25,636 nucleotides of DNA. It comes from a virus (lineage: Duplodnaviria; Caudoviricetes). The position numbers and the translations under genes are program-made. This document shows positions 24,434 to 25,636 of this stretch, piece by piece. The DNA lies in IMG/VR virus record IMGVR_UViG_3300044513_002746, positions 1 through 25,636 of that record. One strand, written 5' to 3'. Under the pieces are notes generated by a model. That model was not told the origin of the DNA, made no database searches, and was given only the letters and a program-made list of their open reading frames with translations. Positions within the stretch are counted from its first letter, which is position 1. Each line of letters opens with the position of its first letter.

Positions 24434-25435
24434 ATGTTTGAATATTTTTATAACGAGATATTGAGACGAACCATTATTTCTTTTGGTACTCTCTTTAACT
24501 CAATTACTGTTAAACAAACAAACTCTGATGATAATGTTGTCAGTGCTTTCAGAGTCCCTTTAGCATATGGTCCTACACAAAAATTTTTAGCAAGACTTGA
24601 ACAGTCTGCTGATCTCAATAAGTCAGTTGCAATGACATTGCCAAGAATGTCATTTGAATTTACTGGATTGACCTATGATGCATCAAGAAAGGTAAGCACA
24701 ACTCAACAGTATACTGTAAAAGATCCAGATGATGGATCAGAATCTAAAAAAGTATACATGCCAGTTCCATATAATATGCAATTTGAACTGAGCATTATGA
24801 CTAAGTTAAATGATGACGCTCTACAGATTGTAGAACAGATTTTGCCATATTTTCAACCAGCATATAGTTTGACTGTTCAACTTGTTGATTCAATTCAAGA
24901 AAAACGTGATATTCCAGTTATTCTAGAAAACATCACAATGCAAGATGATTATGAGGGAGACTATACCACAAGAAGAGTTCTCCTTTATACTTTAAGATTT
25001 ACAGCAAAAACATATCTATTTGGTCCAGTATCTTCGGCAACCAAAGATATTATCAAAAAGTCTACTGTCAGTTATCTTACTGGAACAGATATTACAAATA
25101 CTACCAGAGAAGTCACTTACTCTGCTGTACCAAGAGCTACCAAGAGTTACACTGGTGATGCTACAACCACTCTCACCGCAGATATCACTAAGACTCTGAA
25201 AACATTTGAAGTTGAGGATGCAAGTGGATTGACTGCTAAGACTTATATAGATATTGAAGGTGAGCAAATCTTCATCAAATCGATTACGGATAACAAGATT
25301 ACCGTTCTTAGGGGTCAAGATGGATCTACCATCACAGAGCACCTCAGAGGAGCACCTGTGCATCTCATCACTGCTGCAGATAATGCATTGATTGAAGAAG
25401 GCGACGACTTCGGATTTAGTGGTACGATCTCATAA
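24434..25435 (+). CDS. gp15: Tail sheath stabilizer / tail terminator gp15
   Basis: MFEYFYNEILRRTIISFGTLFN, VPLAYGPTQKFLARL, LPRMSFE, PVPYN, DDALQIVEQILPYFQP, FTAKTYLFGP. Confidence 0.95.
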   Translation: MFEYFYNEILRRTIISFGTLFNSITVKQTNSDDNVVSAFRVPLAYGPTQKFLARLEQSADLNKSVAMTLPRMSFEFTGLTYDASRKVSTTQQYTVKDPDDGSESKKVYMPVPYNMQFELSIMTKLNDDALQIVEQILPYFQPAYSLTVQLVDSIQEKRDIPVILENITMQDDYEGDYTTRRVLLYTLRFTAKTYLFGPVSSATKDIIKKSTVSYLTGTDITNTTREVTYSAVPRATKSYTGDATTTLTADITKTLKTFEVEDASGLTAKTYIDIEGEQIFIKSITDNKITVLRGQDGSTITEHLRGAPVHLITAADNALIEEGDDFGFSGTIS

Positions 25436-25437
25436 CA

Positions 25438-25636
25438 ATGACAAATAAATTTGACACACTAAATGACGAGTTCAATGTTGTAGGAGACATTGTACAACCT
25501 GAAGTTATTGATAAAAAAATTGAAAGGATAAAAGAGACTTCTGATGATATTAAAAAAGACTATGACTATACAAGAGGTAATCTTTATAGCATAATTGAAA
25601 AGGGTCAAGAAGCAATAAATGGTATTCTTGAATTGG
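25438..25636 (+). CDS. gp16: Terminase small subunit gp16 (3'-truncated by the window end; absent from the ORF track)
   Basis: Manual translation from the ATG at 25438 gives MTNKFDTLNDEFNVVGDIVQPEVIDKKIERIKETSDDIKKDYDYTRGNLYSIIEKGQEAINGILEL. DYxYTRGNLYSIIEKGQEAI is characteristic of cyanophage gp16, and the position after gp15 fits. Confidence 0.9.
   Translation, partial: MTNKFDTLNDEFNVVGDIVQPEVIDKKIERIKETSDDIKKDYDYTRGNLYSIIEKGQEAINGILEL

Noticed and set aside
1-25636. CRISPR array, diversity-generating retroelement, intron/intein, tRNA or mobile element
   Set aside because: No spaced identical nucleotide repeats, no reverse transcriptase, homing endonuclease or intein motifs seen, and intergenic gaps are at most ~40 nt. 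The repeats are degenerate and at protein level.

Overview
AT-rich, gene-dense, all plus-strand segment of the virion structural (late) region of a T4-like myovirus, most consistent with a marine cyanophage (Prochlorococcus/Synechococcus-type; the host is inferred from gene architecture). Gene order: a 5'-truncated giant gp7-like baseplate wedge initiator (>3970 aa, open from base 3), gp8 baseplate wedge, a 2513-aa VrlC/DUF4815-like structural protein, three small overlapping ORFs (74, 60, 132 aa), neck proteins gp13 and gp14 (with a 6-repeat insertion), gp15 tail terminator (with a C-terminal extra module), and the start of the gp16 small terminase. T4-type late promoter motifs (NTAAATA) sit at gene junctions. 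The most notable observations are (i) a 60-aa ORF with NblA-like size and helical pattern inside the structural operon, (ii) overlapping inverted repeats at the gp14/gp15 junction linking the gp14 stop, a late promoter motif and the gp15 Shine-Dalgarno, and (iii) a modular, nested architecture in gp7 (split degenerate YHYH domain, three tandem fibre-tip-like domains, modules shared with VrlC, gp14 and gp15). All calls come from motif recognition by eye; no database searches were run.
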